Origin: Heteronotia binoei
Lineage: Eukaryota
Length of the DNA stretch: 64,000 nucleotides
NCBI RefSeq assembly: GCF_032191835.1
Contig: NC_083224.1
Location: forward strand, 42,842,001 to 42,906,000
Direction: 5' to 3'
Shown in pieces: positions 63,263 through 64,000 of the stretch. A program made the position numbers and the translations under genes. Numbering within the stretch: position 1 is the stretch's first letter; each line of letters opens with the position of its first letter. The notes below the pieces were generated by a model. The model searched no databases and was not told the DNA's origin. It saw nothing but the letters and a program-made list of their open reading frames with translations.

Positions 63263-64000
63263 TGCATACAGACGGCTCTTTTCTGATGAGATGGACTGAA
63301 AGACCATTCCTGGCTCACTTCTGGTCATGTGGACACACCCTGCACACACCCCAACATCCCGCTTCTCTGATTCTTAGGGCCATTTCAGAAGTTGCAGCCC
63401 CCATATGGAGGCTACCAAAAATACAAAATTTGTAATGTTTGCCAGTCTGTTCCAATGTGCATGTAAAGAAGCTCTGATCTTGATCCAAACTGGGCACCAC
63501 ACACAGAGGGATTAAGGAATTCACATGCAACTGTTGACAGAACACAGAGGCTCTGGAATATGGGGAAAATGTCCATCCTAACAAGAAAATATTTTCTTTA
63601 CCCTTCAGCTTTAAAACTATAAAATAAGTGGACATGTGAGGGGGAAAATGTGAAGATGGAGAGAGGAAAAGAGATTGAAAAGCATAATTTTAATATATTG
63701 AATGCAAACAAAATATAAAACCTCAGAAACAAAAAAAAACCATTTCACAAACTGAATATGTGGGAACAGGTCACTTTGCACATTGTATTTTAGCTATACA
63801 TTTCAGATTTGCTTACTTAAAATGTGTTAATAAGATAGTCAGATGTTTGAGAACATGATTATCATACAGATCACAGAGGGTAGATGTGGCTGCTTTCTGG
63901 AGATTGGTGTATAATGTGTGAAAAGGTCCTAAGAAAGCTCATATGAAGTTCAGCAACCACATGGGCCTTTGCTTTCTGCTTTCCCCTTAGCATGGGAATA

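Overview
This is squamate (probably gecko) nuclear genomic DNA, repeat-rich, with one clearly intact protein-coding gene: CCN5/WISP2 on the + strand. Its coding exons are 40555-40602, 48994-49219, 52339-52590 and 53106-53308, plus an apparent 24-nt fifth coding exon at 60285-60308. Spliced together they give an open 250-aa protein (signal peptide, IGFBP, VWC, TSP1, no cystine knot). The 40 kb upstream has no other gene I can recognise, but contains a decayed CDKN1C (p57Kip2) copy at about 5.3-5.8 kb. It also holds an internally deleted DIRS-type retrotransposon (20.4-23.3 kb) with intact inverted termini, internal complementary region and a near-intact tyrosine recombinase ORF. The rest is L1, L2, CR1, RTE and Penelope fragments, four SINE types, hAT MITEs with 8-bp target-site duplications (TSDs) and LTR remnants. 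I do not see a convincing previously undescribed multi-gene system. The best leads are the vestigial fifth CCN5 exon at the position of the lost CT-domain exon, the displaced p57 pseudogene, the DIRS derivative, hammerhead-ribozyme remnants in CCN5 intron 1, and several unexplained duplications and palindromes. All family assignments come from motif recognition by eye, without database searches; repeat boundaries are approximate.
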